Source: Candidatus Thiodiazotropha taylori
GTDB lineage: Bacteria > Pseudomonadota > Gammaproteobacteria > Chromatiales > Chromatiaceae
Assembly: GCA_016843265.1 (NCBI GenBank)
Contig: JAEPBJ010000001.1
Coordinates: forward strand, 5,052-69,051
DNA length: 64,000 bases
Reading direction: 5' to 3'
Made by a program: the position numbers and the translations under genes
Shown: positions 40,030 through 53,318 of the stretch, piece after piece
Layout: each line of letters begins with the position of its first letter
Numbering within the stretch: the stretch's first letter is position 1
The notes under the pieces: model-generated
The model's database searches: none
Told to the model about the DNA's origin: nothing
What the model saw: the letters and a program-made list of their open reading frames with translations, nothing else

Positions 40030-40674
40030 CTATTTTAGAAGCTCTCCAGCCCGTTGAAAAATCTGCTGAAACATCTCGGCGGTGAGACGTCGTGTCTGGG
40101 TGTTGTAGCGACTGCAGTGGTAGGAGTCGATGAGATTGAGCTGATCACTGATCTGATGCTCCATTGCATGGGCGAATGGATAATCTTTCTGTCTCAACTG
40201 GAGTGCTTTGATCACCGCTTTATGGGCAATCGAACCCAGTGCAATCACCACACTCTCGGAAGGCATCGCTGACAGCTCCTGGGCAAGAAAGTCATTACAC
40301 TGATTGACTTCTGCCCCCACAGGTTTGTTCTGCGGCGGCAAACATTTGACTGCATTGGTAATGCGGCAATTATACAGCTGAAGTCCATCCCGACGGCTTG
40401 TCGATTCAGCTTGATTGGAAAATCCATAATCATAGAGTGTCTGATAGAGCAGCACTCCCGCATGGTCACCGGTAAACGGCCTGCCCGTTGCATTCGCGCC
40501 ATGCATGCCCGGCGCCAGGCCGACAATCAGCAGTTTGGCTTGAGCGTCGCCAAATGGCGCAACAGGTGCCGCATGATAGTCGGGATAATCCTCAGCGACC
40601 TGATCAAGGAACTCTGCCAACCTGGGGCAGCGGCGGCATTTGGCAGTAAATCTCTTCAAACGAATCAACCTCAT
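40030..40674 (-). CDS. Uracil-DNA glycosylase family 5 (UdgB-like, 4Fe-4S)
   Basis: CRRCPRL; GLAPGMHGANATGRPFTGD; NAVKCLPPQNKP; HCSRYN. Start uncertain (40659-40701). Confidence 0.88.
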   Translation of the reverse strand: MRLIRLKRFTAKCRRCPRLAEFLDQVAEDYPDYHAAPVAPFGDAQAKLLIVGLAPGMHGANATGRPFTGDHAGVLLYQTLYDYGFSNQAESTSRRDGLQLYNCRITNAVKCLPPQNKPVGAEVNQCNDFLAQELSAMPSESVVIALGSIAHKAVIKALQLRQKDYPFAHAMEHQISDQLNLIDSYHCSRYNTQTRRLTAEMFQQIFQRAGELLK

Positions 40675-40794
40675 CACGATTTCTGTAACAGTCAGAGCCA
40701 ACCCGATACGCCATATCAGGGCAAGGCCCGCTGCATGATACAGAATCTGTGTCGAGGTAGACCAGGGCGAAGGCTGCCCTATGGGCTGTTTAGG

Positions 40795-41436
40795 CTAATC
40801 GCTGTCCTTCAAAATACCATGGCGGTAGGCGAGTCGTGTCAACTCAACATCGTTCTTGATATCAAGTTTTTCGTAGATTCGCTGACGATAGGTACTGACT
40901 GTTTTAGGACTGAGAGAGAGGATATCGGATATCTCCTGATTCTTCTGTCCTTCCAGGATCTGCAGCAAGACCTGTGTCTCTCTCGAGGAGAGTGCTTTGA
41001 ATGGATTGTCTGCGTGTCCCTGCCACTCGGTCAGAGTGTGTTTTCTGGCAACATCGGAAGCAATATAGTGGTGACCATTGTATACCGCGCGAATCGCCCG
41101 AATCATCTCATCCGCAGGACAACCCTTGGTGAGAAATCCCATGGCACCGACCTCATGCAGTCTTGATGGGAACGGGTCATCATCGAGCACGGTCAATGCA
41201 ATCACTTTCAAATCCGGTTTGACACGAAGCACTCTGCGGGTGGCTTCAATGCCCCCCATGCCAGGCATGTTGACATCCATCAGCACCACATCCGGTGAGG
41301 CTTTCCTCACCAGCTCAATAGCTTCTTCCCCTGTTGAGGCTTCCCCGGCAACTTCGATCTCTTCTGCCTTATCGAGAATCCCCTTAACTCCGGTCCTGAT
41401 CAATTCATGATCATCAACCAGTAATACTTTAATCAT
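40795..41436 (-). CDS. gacA: UvrY/GacA-type response regulator (REC + LuxR HTH)
   Basis: VDDHEL.RTG; MDVNMPG.GG.EATR; LSPKTVSTYR.RI..KL; upstream of uvrC. Confidence 0.85.
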   Translation of the reverse strand: MIKVLLVDDHELIRTGVKGILDKAEEIEVAGEASTGEEAIELVRKASPDVVLMDVNMPGMGGIEATRRVLRVKPDLKVIALTVLDDDPFPSRLHEVGAMGFLTKGCPADEMIRAIRAVYNGHHYIASDVARKHTLTEWQGHADNPFKALSSRETQVLLQILEGQKNQEISDILSLSPKTVSTYRQRIYEKLDIKNDVELTRLAYRHGILKDSD

Positions 41437-41624
41437 TTTTGCATCTCTGCAGATCCCTCTTACCCTTGTGAAAAGGTATATAGATATCTATTGAAATTTG
41501 TCCTTAAATTCATACCCAAATATTCTTATTAGGGCTAATTTACCCCAAAAGAGTGGTAACAGCGAGTACTATAGGTTGTAAAATTCAGTCCTTTAAACCC
41601 TGCTGAGTCTGGCAGCAGAGGTAC

Positions 41625-42137
41625 TTAACCGACCTGGGACATCGGAAATTCAGCAGCCAAATTACGACTGTTGACGAGGAAGGAATGACCTTGCTCTACG
41701 CAGTATCTAAGCCATTTTGAGAGAAACAGATTGATTTTCCAACGTTGCTCCAGAGTTGGATTCGTTCCCCAACGATCGAGGGGCAAGCTGGACTGCCGCA
41801 AGTCGACCACATCCACCTGCCTCGAATCATGGTAGACCCTCAGCATGGCATCAGGATCAGGGTAATCTCCCACAACATGGGTGAAGTAGTAGGTCAGATG
41901 TACCAGCGTTGTGTAGGGGGTCTGTTCGATCACATCAAGGTAGAGATCCATCGAGCCGCCCAATCTTGATCGATACTCCCCGGTCAGAGTTTGAAGATCC
42001 GGCGCCATTCGCATCAGCAATCCGTAGCTCTCTTCACTGAGATCCAGTACGCGCCCCACCGTCGGCTGCTGGGAAAGCAGCTTTTTCGTACTCCATGGGT
42101 AGTCTGAAGATCTCATGTCGTCTGTTCGGTCATTCAA
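41625..42137 (-). CDS. DUF1249 (YqiB-like) protein
   Basis: PYTT..L; P...RVYHD; RW..N.FL.KWL.YC..QGH.F. Confidence 0.8.
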   Translation of the reverse strand: MNDRTDDMRSSDYPWSTKKLLSQQPTVGRVLDLSEESYGLLMRMAPDLQTLTGEYRSRLGGSMDLYLDVIEQTPYTTLVHLTYYFTHVVGDYPDPDAMLRVYHDSRQVDVVDLRQSSLPLDRWGTNPTLEQRWKINLFLSKWLRYCVEQGHSFLVNSRNLAAEFPMSQVG

Positions 42138-42207
42138 GTCCGCTGCATCTCAGCAGACTTGAATCGTTCCGTTAAACGTTCAGTCTGGGTCTGCAGCCGA
42201 CGCTTGC

Positions 42208-42585
42208 TTAAGCGTTTTGGCCATTCTGCTGCTCAGCCTCAATTTGTGCTCTTACTTCATTCATATCCAGTTCACTGGCTTTGCTGAGCAATTCGCGGAA
42301 CGCAGATTCAGGCAGCGCTCCAGGCTGAGAGAAGATGATGATATTTTCACGGAAGATCATCAGGGTTGGAATCGACCGCACCTGAAAGTGCATGGCGAGT
42401 TCCTGCTCATCTTCGGTATTCACTTTTCCGAATACGATATTGGGATGGTCTTCAGATACGCTCTCATAGGTCGGAGCGAAGGAGCGGCATGGACCACACC
42501 AGGGCGCCCAAAAGTCAATGATCACGAAATCATTTTCGGTTACGGTCGACTCAAAATTGTCTTTAGTTAATTCTACAACAGCCAC
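42208..42585 (-). CDS. trxA: Thioredoxin
   Basis: DFWAPWCGPCR; SIPTL; GTG start. Confidence 0.88.
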   Translation of the reverse strand: MAVVELTKDNFESTVTENDFVIIDFWAPWCGPCRSFAPTYESVSEDHPNIVFGKVNTEDEQELAMHFQVRSIPTLMIFRENIIIFSQPGALPESAFRELLSKASELDMNEVRAQIEAEQQNGQNA

Positions 42586-42683
42586 GTGGTAGCCCCTTAC
42601 TGGAAGTTAAGATATGGCAGATAGTATCAGAATAGAGGGTGGAATGCCTGCCGGATTACCGATCCCCTGAAGCGCGCATCAAA

Positions 42684-42716
42684 ACCAAGAAGGGCCGCGA
42701 CAATCGTGCGGCCCCC
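42684..42716 (-). terminator. Terminator after adk
   Basis: GGGCCGCACG...CGCGGCCC followed by TTCTTGGTTTT on the minus strand. Confidence 0.6.
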
Positions 42717-42742
42717 CTCAGCATTTTCAAGCCGGTTTGTGC

Positions 42743-43414
<672 letters not shown>

Positions 43415-43792
43415 CTATCCGGATTTTTTCTGGGTGCCAAAACCTGGGGCTTCAGCCTGCGCTTTCCGGATCATGGGTCTGAGTTTGCCATGCCCGACAG
43501 ACGGGGACCAGTTGAGGCTATCAATAGGCGGATACAGGCCACTTATGGAGTGGATGCAAAATCGGTTCACCTGTCGGTGCTCCATCCACCCTTGCCCATC
43601 GAGAAGAAATTAAATTAATTTTAATCGTCAAAATATTGATATTTATTGATTTTATTCTGAAGCTCTTCGTCAATCCAAAAAGAACGGAGTGGTTTCTTCA
43701 GCGCATAATCCTATTCGATCGAGCTTCACCTGGGGTCAGCGTGCTGCGGCAGACCGATTGATCATCGGCCTGCCGGAGCCGATTGAAAGTGA

Positions 43793-45700
43793 TTAATGTC
43801 CAGCCAGTTTCAGCATCAGGCTGTTCAGACGCCGTACAAATGCAGCAGGATCGTCCAGTTGACCACCTTCAGCCAGCTGTGCCTGATCAAACAGCACTTT
43901 ACTCAAATCACCGAAGCGCTCTTCATCCGACTCGTTTTCGAGCTGCACCACCAGCGGATGAGTCGCATTGACCTCCATGATCGGCTTGGTCTGCGGAGCG
44001 TCCTGTCCGACCGATTTGAGCACTCGGGCCAGATTGGCACTCATGTCGTGCTCCTCGACAACCAGACAGGCCGGTGAATCGGTCAATCGCTGACTCACTC
44101 TGATCTCTTTGACGGACTCCTGCAGTACCTGCTGCATTCTTTCCAGCAGCGCCTTGTGCTCTTCGCTCTGTTTCTCCTGACTCTCCTGCTCTTCCTTGTC
44201 ATCGAGCTCACCCAGATCGAGCTCACCCTTGGCAACAGACTGCAGGGTCTTGCCGTCAAACTCGGTCAGGCTGGTAACCAGCCACTCATCCACCCGGTCC
44301 GAGAGCAGTAATACTTCAATACCCTTTTTCTTCAGTACTTCAAGATGTGGACTGAAACGGGCGGCGGCCGCTGAATCGGCGGTGATATAGTAGATTTTGT
44401 CCTGTCCCTCACGCATCCTGGAGACATAATCGGCCAGCGATACGGTCTGCTCATCCTGCTCGTTGTGGGTTGAGGCAAAGCGCAGCAGCGCAGAGATTTT
44501 CTCCTTGTTGGCAAAATCCTCTGCCGGCCCCTCTTTCAACACCTTGCCGAATTGATCCCAGAACTCCTGGTACTTCTCCTTGTCGTTCTCCGCAAGTTTC
44601 TCCAGCGCGCCAAGCACCCGCTTCACATTGGCCTGGCGAATGGTGTCGATTTTCCGGTTGTGCTGCAGGATTTCCCGGGAGACGTTGAGCGGCAGATCGT
44701 CCGAGTCCACCACCCCTTTGACGAAACGCATATAGCGTGGCATCAGTTTTTCCGCCTCATCCATGATGAAAACCCGTCTGACGAAGAGCTTCACACCATG
44801 TTTCTGATCCCTGTCCCACAGGTCGAACGGGGCGCGTGCCGGAACGAACAGCAGCGCAGTATATTCGTTGTTCCCCTCCACCCGGTTGTGGACGTGCAGC
44901 AGAGGATCTTCAAAGTCATGGGAGACATGTTTGTAAAACTCGTTGTACTCCTCGTCACTGATCTCGCTGCGGCTTCGCATCCACAGGGCAGTACCGGTAT
45001 TTACACGTTCAAATTCGGCGCTTTCCGGCTTCTCCTCATCCTCGCCGTAGAACTCTTTTTCCATCTCCACCGGCATGGTGATGTGATCGGAAAATTTGGA
45101 GATGATGTTGCGCAGCCTGAAGCCTTCCAGAAACTCCTTTTCGTCTTCCCGTAGATGCAGAATGACGTCGGTTCCACGGGACGGCTTGTCGATGTTTTCA
45201 ATCGAATAGGAACCCTGACCCTCGGATACCCATTGAACGCCATGCTCATGTCCCAGGCCGGCTCTGCGGGTCTTCAGAGTAACTTTGTCAGCAACGATAA
45301 ACGCCGAGTAGAAACCCACACCGAACTGCCCGATCAGCTCACTGTCCTTGGCCTGATCACCGGACATGGCCTCAAAAAATTTGCGCGTGCCGGAGCTGGC
45401 AATGGTACCGATGGTTTCGGTCACATCCTGGCGGCTCATACCGATACCATTGTCGGAAATGGTCAGGGTACCGGCTTCCTTGTCATAAGTGACCCGAACC
45501 TTAAGCTCCGGATCCTCCTCGAACAGCGCTTCATCGGTAAGCGCTTCAAATCTCAACTTTTCCGCGGCATCCGAGGCATTCGAAATCAGCTCCCGCAGAA
45601 AGATCTCTTTGTTACTGTAGAGGGATCGAATAACGAGATTCAGTACCTGGCTGACTTCTGCCTGAAAATCCAGGGTTTCTTTTTGGGCTTCAACGGTCAT
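43793..45700 (-). CDS. htpG: Chaperone HtpG (Hsp90)
   Basis: [19 protein letters not shown]; [12 protein letters not shown]; LPLNVSRE. Confidence 0.97.
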   Translation of the reverse strand: MTVEAQKETLDFQAEVSQVLNLVIRSLYSNKEIFLRELISNASDAAEKLRFEALTDEALFEEDPELKVRVTYDKEAGTLTISDNGIGMSRQDVTETIGTIASSGTRKFFEAMSGDQAKDSELIGQFGVGFYSAFIVADKVTLKTRRAGLGHEHGVQWVSEGQGSYSIENIDKPSRGTDVILHLREDEKEFLEGFRLRNIISKFSDHITMPVEMEKEFYGEDEEKPESAEFERVNTGTALWMRSRSEISDEEYNEFYKHVSHDFEDPLLHVHNRVEGNNEYTALLFVPARAPFDLWDRDQKHGVKLFVRRVFIMDEAEKLMPRYMRFVKGVVDSDDLPLNVSREILQHNRKIDTIRQANVKRVLGALEKLAENDKEKYQEFWDQFGKVLKEGPAEDFANKEKISALLRFASTHNEQDEQTVSLADYVSRMREGQDKIYYITADSAAAARFSPHLEVLKKKGIEVLLLSDRVDEWLVTSLTEFDGKTLQSVAKGELDLGELDDKEEQESQEKQSEEHKALLERMQQVLQESVKEIRVSQRLTDSPACLVVEEHDMSANLARVLKSVGQDAPQTKPIMEVNATHPLVVQLENESDEERFGDLSKVLFDQAQLAEGGQLDDPAAFVRRLNSLMLKLAGH

Positions 45701-45812
45701 ATTTGAGAACGGCCTCTGTTATCAAGGTAGATATAAAATTTCCTGTAAAGCGGTCTGACTCGCAACGGGCATCAACGCCCTGCAGCACTTGCAGGATCAT
45801 AAATTGCTCAGA

Positions 45813-45841
45813 TAGTTGGGATGGCTGGCCTGTTTTTCAAG
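45813..45841 (-). promoter_or_regulatory. sigma32 heat-shock promoter of htpG
   Basis: Minus strand CTTGAAA-N14-CCCAACT. Confidence 0.6.
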
Positions 45842-45859
45842 GCCAGTAGCTCAATTGAT

Positions 45860-47320
45860 TTAAAAACTAGCCATGAATCCGATATTTACGCGATTCTCTT
45901 CATAGGTATTCAACTCGGTGTCCCCATCCCGTTCAAGATGGCTGTAACCGACTGACACCCGGGCATCCTGACCGAGCAGATAGCCGAGACCCAACGAGGC
46001 GGTCCACTCATCATAGTTGCTCAGTTCCTGCTCATGATCCGACCAGAGTACGCGAGCCACTCCGGTAATCTTGCGGCTGATCAGTCGACTGAATGAGATG
46101 GCAGCCGTACTGTCCTCGGTATCCTGAGTATCGACCACATAATCACGTTTGATGTATCCACCCCTTACTTCAAAGCGGGTACGTTGGGCGCTGAACAGAT
46201 AGGAGACATCGACACGATCGACTTCGTAATACTCCGCACTCAGGGTGGAGACACCGGTAACCCGTACCGGCGGCGGATTATCGAGCACCGCATCCCGCAC
46301 CACATTGCCAAACGCATCCTGGCGCTGGAACAGTGAGGTGTGGGTCGCTTCATCACGGGCACTGATGTAATCCCGTTTATAGGTAGCACGCCAGACCGAT
46401 CTACTGGCCTCATGCTCAAAATCCACGTAGTAGTCATCACCAAATGCCCGCTCACCGCCACCAATGGCAAAACGGGTACGGCTGGTTGGTGTAAATACAA
46501 GCCCCACCGACCAGATTTCACCATCCACATCTTCACCGATGACCAGGTCGTAGTCTTCATAACCTGCGGCAAAGGCTACCGCCCAGCGACGGGTGATCTG
46601 TTGCAGAAACTCGCCGCGGAAGATCGAGATTTTGTTGTCCTCGGCGGTACCGGAAAAGTCTTCCCTGGTATGGCTGGCAGAGAGTTCCCAGGCCTGGGCC
46701 GTCGAGTAGGTTCCGCTACCGAGAATCAGATTGTACTTCTGTGAGGTACTGTCAACCTCGGTATCCTCCTCGTAGTCGACCTTATCAGTCGAGTATCGCG
46801 CCTCCAGCACGCTGGTATTGCCGAACCGGGTCGTATAATAGGGACTCGCCCCCATGGTGTAGTAGTCCAGGTTCTCGGTCGGACCGGTCAGGCCGTCCGG
46901 GCTGTTGCGACTGTTGGCGATGCGGGTCTGGTCGGCGGTTGCCCAGAGATCCAGATAGAGATGGTTCTCCATCAGCTCCGCATCGGCGTTGGCGCGCAGC
47001 TGATGCACGGTTTCGTTGTCCCGGGTCTCCTCTTTGTAGTAGCGGTATTCAGGGGAGTAGTTGAAATCCAGATTGGTTCTGGCGCCCTCCCGCAGAATGG
47101 AGATGCCGGGCTTTACACGGGTGACATACTCCGACTCCTTGTCCTCATTGGTCAGCAGTGCATTGTCCGTGTAGATCTCGTCCAGTGTGATCGACGGGGA
47201 GACGATCCACTCCCCCGATTGAGCCGCCAGAGGCAGTGACAGGATACTGAACATGCCCAGCATGCGTATCGTCTGTTTTCGCTCGTGCCAGTGATTTTTT
47301 ACGCAAGACATCCTATCCAC
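45860..47320 (-). CDS. PEP-CTERM system-associated outer-membrane beta-barrel (TIGR03016-like)
   Basis: W.V.PSI...E.YTDN; PGISI..EGAR; GERAFGDDY; YEENRV...F C-terminus. Start may be 47262. Confidence 0.78.
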   Translation of the reverse strand: MDRMSCVKNHWHERKQTIRMLGMFSILSLPLAAQSGEWIVSPSITLDEIYTDNALLTNEDKESEYVTRVKPGISILREGARTNLDFNYSPEYRYYKEETRDNETVHQLRANADAELMENHLYLDLWATADQTRIANSRNSPDGLTGPTENLDYYTMGASPYYTTRFGNTSVLEARYSTDKVDYEEDTEVDSTSQKYNLILGSGTYSTAQAWELSASHTREDFSGTAEDNKISIFRGEFLQQITRRWAVAFAAGYEDYDLVIGEDVDGEIWSVGLVFTPTSRTRFAIGGGERAFGDDYYVDFEHEASRSVWRATYKRDYISARDEATHTSLFQRQDAFGNVVRDAVLDNPPPVRVTGVSTLSAEYYEVDRVDVSYLFSAQRTRFEVRGGYIKRDYVVDTQDTEDSTAAISFSRLISRKITGVARVLWSDHEQELSNYDEWTASLGLGYLLGQDARVSVGYSHLERDGDTELNTYEENRVNIGFMASF

Positions 47321-47700
47321 CCCGTTTGATTCGGTCTTAATTGAGTCATGTTGTATCTTTCATCCATGTTTGCGTCAACAGCGACGATCCTGACTGATCC
47401 CGTGAGACGGAGGCTCCGTTTTGGGAAAACCTCTGTGAGAGCAATATTGGGGCAGGCATTCTACCACGCTTTGTTGTGCTTGAAGTTATCTACTGCACAA
47501 ATCCCCCGCCGGAAGCCTCACCTGGATGGCGGCATGGCCGGTTAGCACAAACCCAATCAGTCTCACGAAACCTGTCAGCAATCTTCCTACAATCACACGG
47601 ACATAACCAGGCAATATGTCACCATCCGAGCTTCAACTGACTACGTCAGATATGGTTGAATAGCAGCTATCCCAGCAATCAAACCCTATGAAGTACATAA

Positions 47701-49418
<1,718 letters not shown>

Positions 49419-49470
49419 TTCAGGTTTGAACATCGATACCAATATTTTACGACACTTTAGAGGGCATAGC

Positions 49471-49770
49471 GTGAACAAGAAGCAGGAAAAAGAGAACGAA
49501 AAAAAGGTTTCAAAAAAGAAAACCGTGAAGAAAAAGGTGGCCAAGCCGAAAGTTGCCAAAAAGAAGACCGCCAAGAAGAAAGTCACTAAAAAACGGGTTG
49601 CGAGAAAAAGCACTTCGGGCAAAGGGGTAATCAGTCCACGGGAACGTTACGAGATGATCGCCACGATGGCCTACTATCGAGCTGAGTCACGTAACTTTGA
49701 ACCTGGCTACGATGTACAGGACTGGCTCGATTGCGAAGCGATCATCGATGACATGCTGAGCAAAAGCTGA
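49471..49770 (+). CDS. DUF2934 protein with Lys-rich, histone-H1-like N-terminus
   Basis: ERYEMIA..AYYRAE.R.F.PG....DWL..E..I; GTG start with AGAGGG RBS (alternative ATG 49414). Confidence 0.82.
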   Translation: MNKKQEKENEKKVSKKKTVKKKVAKPKVAKKKTAKKKVTKKRVARKSTSGKGVISPRERYEMIATMAYYRAESRNFEPGYDVQDWLDCEAIIDDMLSKS

Positions 49771-49920
49771 TTCCAATCAAACCGGCTTTTACGCAAGCCC
49801 TGGTCTTGTAACCGAGAGCGGGGTTTGCATGAGCCTGATCATCATGCAGTAACAGTGCAGAGCGGACAGCTTGTAGGAGATAAGCCGTATCAACCAACCG
49901 TCATTAAGATAGATTCAAGA

Positions 49921-50832
49921 TCACCGTGAACTGCGGGCTGATAGTGTGGCCAGCAACCGCTGGTGAAGCCAGATCATCAGACCTGCCCCGACGATCAGCA
50001 CGGACCCGACATAAAATGGCCATCCCAACAGATCATCAAAAAAGATCACGCTGACCAGAGCTGCAGCGACAATCTGTGCATTCAGATAGGGGGAGAGCAG
50101 CGATGCCGAAGCCATATGGAATGCCTTTACCAGCAAGAAGTGCCCGCTCGCACCCAACACACCGGTAACCACCAGATAGAGCCACTGGATTGGTGAGGGC
50201 TGCTGCCACCAGAGTGGCAGTAACAGAGTCAGAATCACTGCACCGGCAAAGGTGGTGTGAAACAGGGTCGTCTGCTCACTGTCATGGCCCTTCAGGGCTC
50301 TGGTCAATACAAAATAGAAAGCCAGACAGACGGCCGCCAGGCAGGCAAGCAACAGCGCCGGATCGGGATCACGAAAGCCGGGCCTGACGATGAACAACAC
50401 ACCGATAAATCCGATCCCAACCGCAGACCATTCGGTAGCGCCAACCTTCTCCTTGAGAAACCAGCCGGCCAACAGAGTCACCAGTACCGGGGCAAAAAAG
50501 ACGATTGAGGTGGCATCCGCCAGGGATATGGTCTGAATGGCGCTATACATACTCAGCGTGACTCCCATCAGACAGATCGCCCTGATCAGTTGTACCCCTG
50601 GTCTGCTGGCCCGGACAAAAGCAAATCCGCTCTGCCAGGAGAACAGGATGGCGACAATCAGAGTATGAAAAAAATAGCGCGCCCAGACCACCTCAGGCAT
50701 TGGGAGATCGCGCATCAACCACTTGCCCAGGCCATCCATGATGGCCAACAGGCAACAGGCGAGTATCGTACTGATGATTCCCCAGAATAGATGCTGCACC
50801 TTCTCTTCGGTTGGCGGAACAGTTTGGGACAT
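49921..50832 (-). CDS. DMT/EamA family transporter
   Basis: About 10 TMs; LKEKVG..W.AV.IGF.GVL.IVRPG. Confidence 0.88.
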   Translation of the reverse strand: MSQTVPPTEEKVQHLFWGIISTILACCLLAIMDGLGKWLMRDLPMPEVVWARYFFHTLIVAILFSWQSGFAFVRASRPGVQLIRAICLMGVTLSMYSAIQTISLADATSIVFFAPVLVTLLAGWFLKEKVGATEWSAVGIGFIGVLFIVRPGFRDPDPALLLACLAAVCLAFYFVLTRALKGHDSEQTTLFHTTFAGAVILTLLLPLWWQQPSPIQWLYLVVTGVLGASGHFLLVKAFHMASASLLSPYLNAQIVAAALVSVIFFDDLLGWPFYVGSVLIVGAGLMIWLHQRLLATLSARSSR

Positions 50833-50933
50833 GGAGGGAGCCTGGGAGTCGCCGTTTTTGGATCAGACGGAATTGTATCCCGCTGTTGCGCTCTTTGTCT
50901 CTAGATAGATAGGAAATACGGAGGCCTTTAAAA

Positions 50934-51130
50934 AGTCCGCAAATGAACGCGAATGAACGTAAATGTTGTTGATCTGCTGAAAGCGGAAGATCAAAAGGGA
51001 AAAGTGTTACATCCGTAATAGAAAGATTGGATCTAGAGCTTATACACGACGACTGCAACACTACAGAGTGAGGTGAATTTTATTCGATTTTGTTTTTTTA
51101 TTTGCGTTCATTCGCGTTCATTTGCGGACT
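50934..51130. repeat. MITE-like element with 31-bp terminal inverted repeats
   Basis: 50934-50964 versus 51100-51130, 30/31 complementary; 135-bp AT-rich interior. Confidence 0.8.
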
Positions 51131-51172
51131 AAAAACAAAAGCAGGGCGGGGAAACAGCGCCCCACCCTGCTC
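51131..51172 (-). terminator. Terminator after the TonB-dependent receptor
   Basis: Minus strand AGCAGGGTGGGG...CCCCGCCCTGCT followed by TTTGTTTTT. Confidence 0.8.
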
Positions 51173-51190
51173 TTTCCGCTGCGGTTCAAA

Positions 51191-53278
51191 TCAGAACCGA
51201 ACCCCGGCTTTCACCCAAACCTCGCGACCCGGCTCATTGACCTGAATCGCTTCCGGATTGAATGGATCCGCATTGGCGCGGTTGACATGGTAGGCGTAGC
51301 TCTTGTCGAGCAGGTTGTCGATACCGAAACTGACTTCGGCCGCTTTGGCAATCTCATAACTGCCATACAGGTCGATCACACCCCATCCCGGTGTCTCCTG
51401 AACATCCTGGCCACTACCGTTCTCGAGATCTGCACGGGTCTGTTTGGCATTCATGCGAACATTACCACCGAACTCCAGGGCGCCCATCGTATACTCCATA
51501 CCGATTGTGGCCTCCAGCGGTGAGATCTGGGCGATGTTACGATCATCCGTGGTGTTTTCCGCGCGAACGTAGGCGAGACTGGCGGTGGTGGTCAGGGAGT
51601 CCATGATCTGGTATCCACCCTCCCATTCAATGCCATAGAACTCCGCGTCCACATTGCGATAGATGTTGGCGGTGCCATTGGCCACCAGAATGCCATCCTG
51701 GCCACGCGCCTTGTCGCGCAGGATATAGTCGCTTACATCGTTGTAGAAGACCGAAACATCGGCATCCCAGGCACCACCCTGCCAGCGCAGACCGGCTTCC
51801 AGCTGATGATGCTTTTCAGGTTCGAGTTCCGGATTACCCACCCAGCTCATGTCCATCATGGTCATCATGTTGCGTGAAAAGCTTGCCAGATAACGCTCCG
51901 TTGCATCCGCGGTCCGAACACTGCGGCTGAGGCCGGTGTAGAAGGTACCGTCACCGATCTCCCGCTCATACTGCACAAAGCCACCAACATTGTTCTCTGT
52001 GGTCTCGTCGGAAGTGTCAGCGTAGTAAGCCGCATAGAGGTTGTTAGGCGTTGGGCTTGGCCCCAGATCGGGCTTCTCGTCACCCCGTGAGATGGAGGCA
52101 TCGACCCGATCGTATCGCAGTCCGGCTTTGAGCCGATCCAGAGTGCCAATCGGTTGGGAGACTTCCATGAAGATACCGGTCTGCTCCAACTCGGCGCCAG
52201 GCCACATGATTGACTGCAGGGTGGTCGGCTCCATATTCGCCATGCCGGAGAAACGATCCGCATCCCGTTCATTGTTCTGAATATCGAAACCGACGGTCAG
52301 GGTGGTCTCACCCAGCATCAGGTCCGCCAGCAGACGACCACCTTTGGTATCGGAGGTTGTCGGTACACTCATACGCATCGGAGCGGTCTGCTCCCGCAGT
52401 GAGTAGTTGTCCATGAGATGATCGACTTCACTTGAATAGATCTCAGCCTTGATCGCGGAAAATGGCCCAACTGCGTCGTTCTGTTCATACTTGAGTCTGA
52501 TGTTGTCCGCATCGCTCATGGGTGAATCCATGCCGGCACCGGCATACAGCGCATCATCTTCGCGGGTTGCTTCCAGATTCAGCTGCAGGATCTTATTGGT
52601 GTCCGGGGTATAACCGAGAATCAGGTTGCCGGACTGTTTGGTGAACGCAGAGCGTACCTCATTACCATCACCATCCTCGTAGTTGTCCGCATCCTTATAG
52701 CCAATCACACCGCGGGCAAAACCCAGCTCTGTACCGGCGGCCACATCAACCGAGGCCTCTTTGGTTTGGGAATTACTCTTATAGCCGACTTCAGCGCTGC
52801 CCAGATAGGGTTTACCCTCTTCAAACTGGGGTGCGTTGCGTTCGAACAGCACGGTGCCGCCACTGCCGCCGCCACCGTAGATTACAGTCTGCGATCCCTT
52901 GATCACAGTGACACTGTCGTAACTCTCCATGGCTGAATAGGCGGTGGGAGGATCCATGCGGTTTGGACAGCCACCATGGATGTAGGCGCCATCCATGATG
53001 ATGTTGAGGCGATTCTGACTCTGACCGCGAATAATCGGATCGATACCCTGGCCACCCATACGGATACCGGATACCCCGTTGATGTCCCGGAGGAAATCCG
53101 CCGCATCGCCGGGAATACCACTTGAAGCCCCATCCATTGGCGCTGTTGTTACTGCTGGACTGGTTCCACCTTCTGCCTCAACCACCACATCCTGCAGATC
53201 TTCCGTATGTTCATCTGCAATGACTGCATGAGCGGTTAGTATGGAACTGATTGCCAATGATAGGGCCGTTAAACGCAT
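51191..53278 (-). CDS. oprC: TonB-dependent copper receptor (OprC/NosA family)
   Basis: Signal peptide; TonB box DVVVEA; CxxxM (GCPNRMDPP) and HxM (DHLMDNYSLR); Met-rich loops; EPGR..W....F end. Confidence 0.85.
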   Translation of the reverse strand: MRLTALSLAISSILTAHAVIADEHTEDLQDVVVEAEGGTSPAVTTAPMDGASSGIPGDAADFLRDINGVSGIRMGGQGIDPIIRGQSQNRLNIIMDGAYIHGGCPNRMDPPTAYSAMESYDSVTVIKGSQTVIYGGGGSGGTVLFERNAPQFEEGKPYLGSAEVGYKSNSQTKEASVDVAAGTELGFARGVIGYKDADNYEDGDGNEVRSAFTKQSGNLILGYTPDTNKILQLNLEATREDDALYAGAGMDSPMSDADNIRLKYEQNDAVGPFSAIKAEIYSSEVDHLMDNYSLREQTAPMRMSVPTTSDTKGGRLLADLMLGETTLTVGFDIQNNERDADRFSGMANMEPTTLQSIMWPGAELEQTGIFMEVSQPIGTLDRLKAGLRYDRVDASISRGDEKPDLGPSPTPNNLYAAYYADTSDETTENNVGGFVQYEREIGDGTFYTGLSRSVRTADATERYLASFSRNMMTMMDMSWVGNPELEPEKHHQLEAGLRWQGGAWDADVSVFYNDVSDYILRDKARGQDGILVANGTANIYRNVDAEFYGIEWEGGYQIMDSLTTTASLAYVRAENTTDDRNIAQISPLEATIGMEYTMGALEFGGNVRMNAKQTRADLENGSGQDVQETPGWGVIDLYGSYEIAKAAEVSFGIDNLLDKSYAYHVNRANADPFNPEAIQVNEPGREVWVKAGVRF

Positions 53279-53318
53279 CGATTCACCTCAATTATTAATT
53301 CTTGGAAACGGTGTTAAA

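Noticed and set aside
50934-51130. CRISPR mini-array interpretation of the AATGAACGC repeats
   Set aside because: Repeats are inverted with 10-bp tandem units, there are no regular spacers, and no cas genes are in the window.
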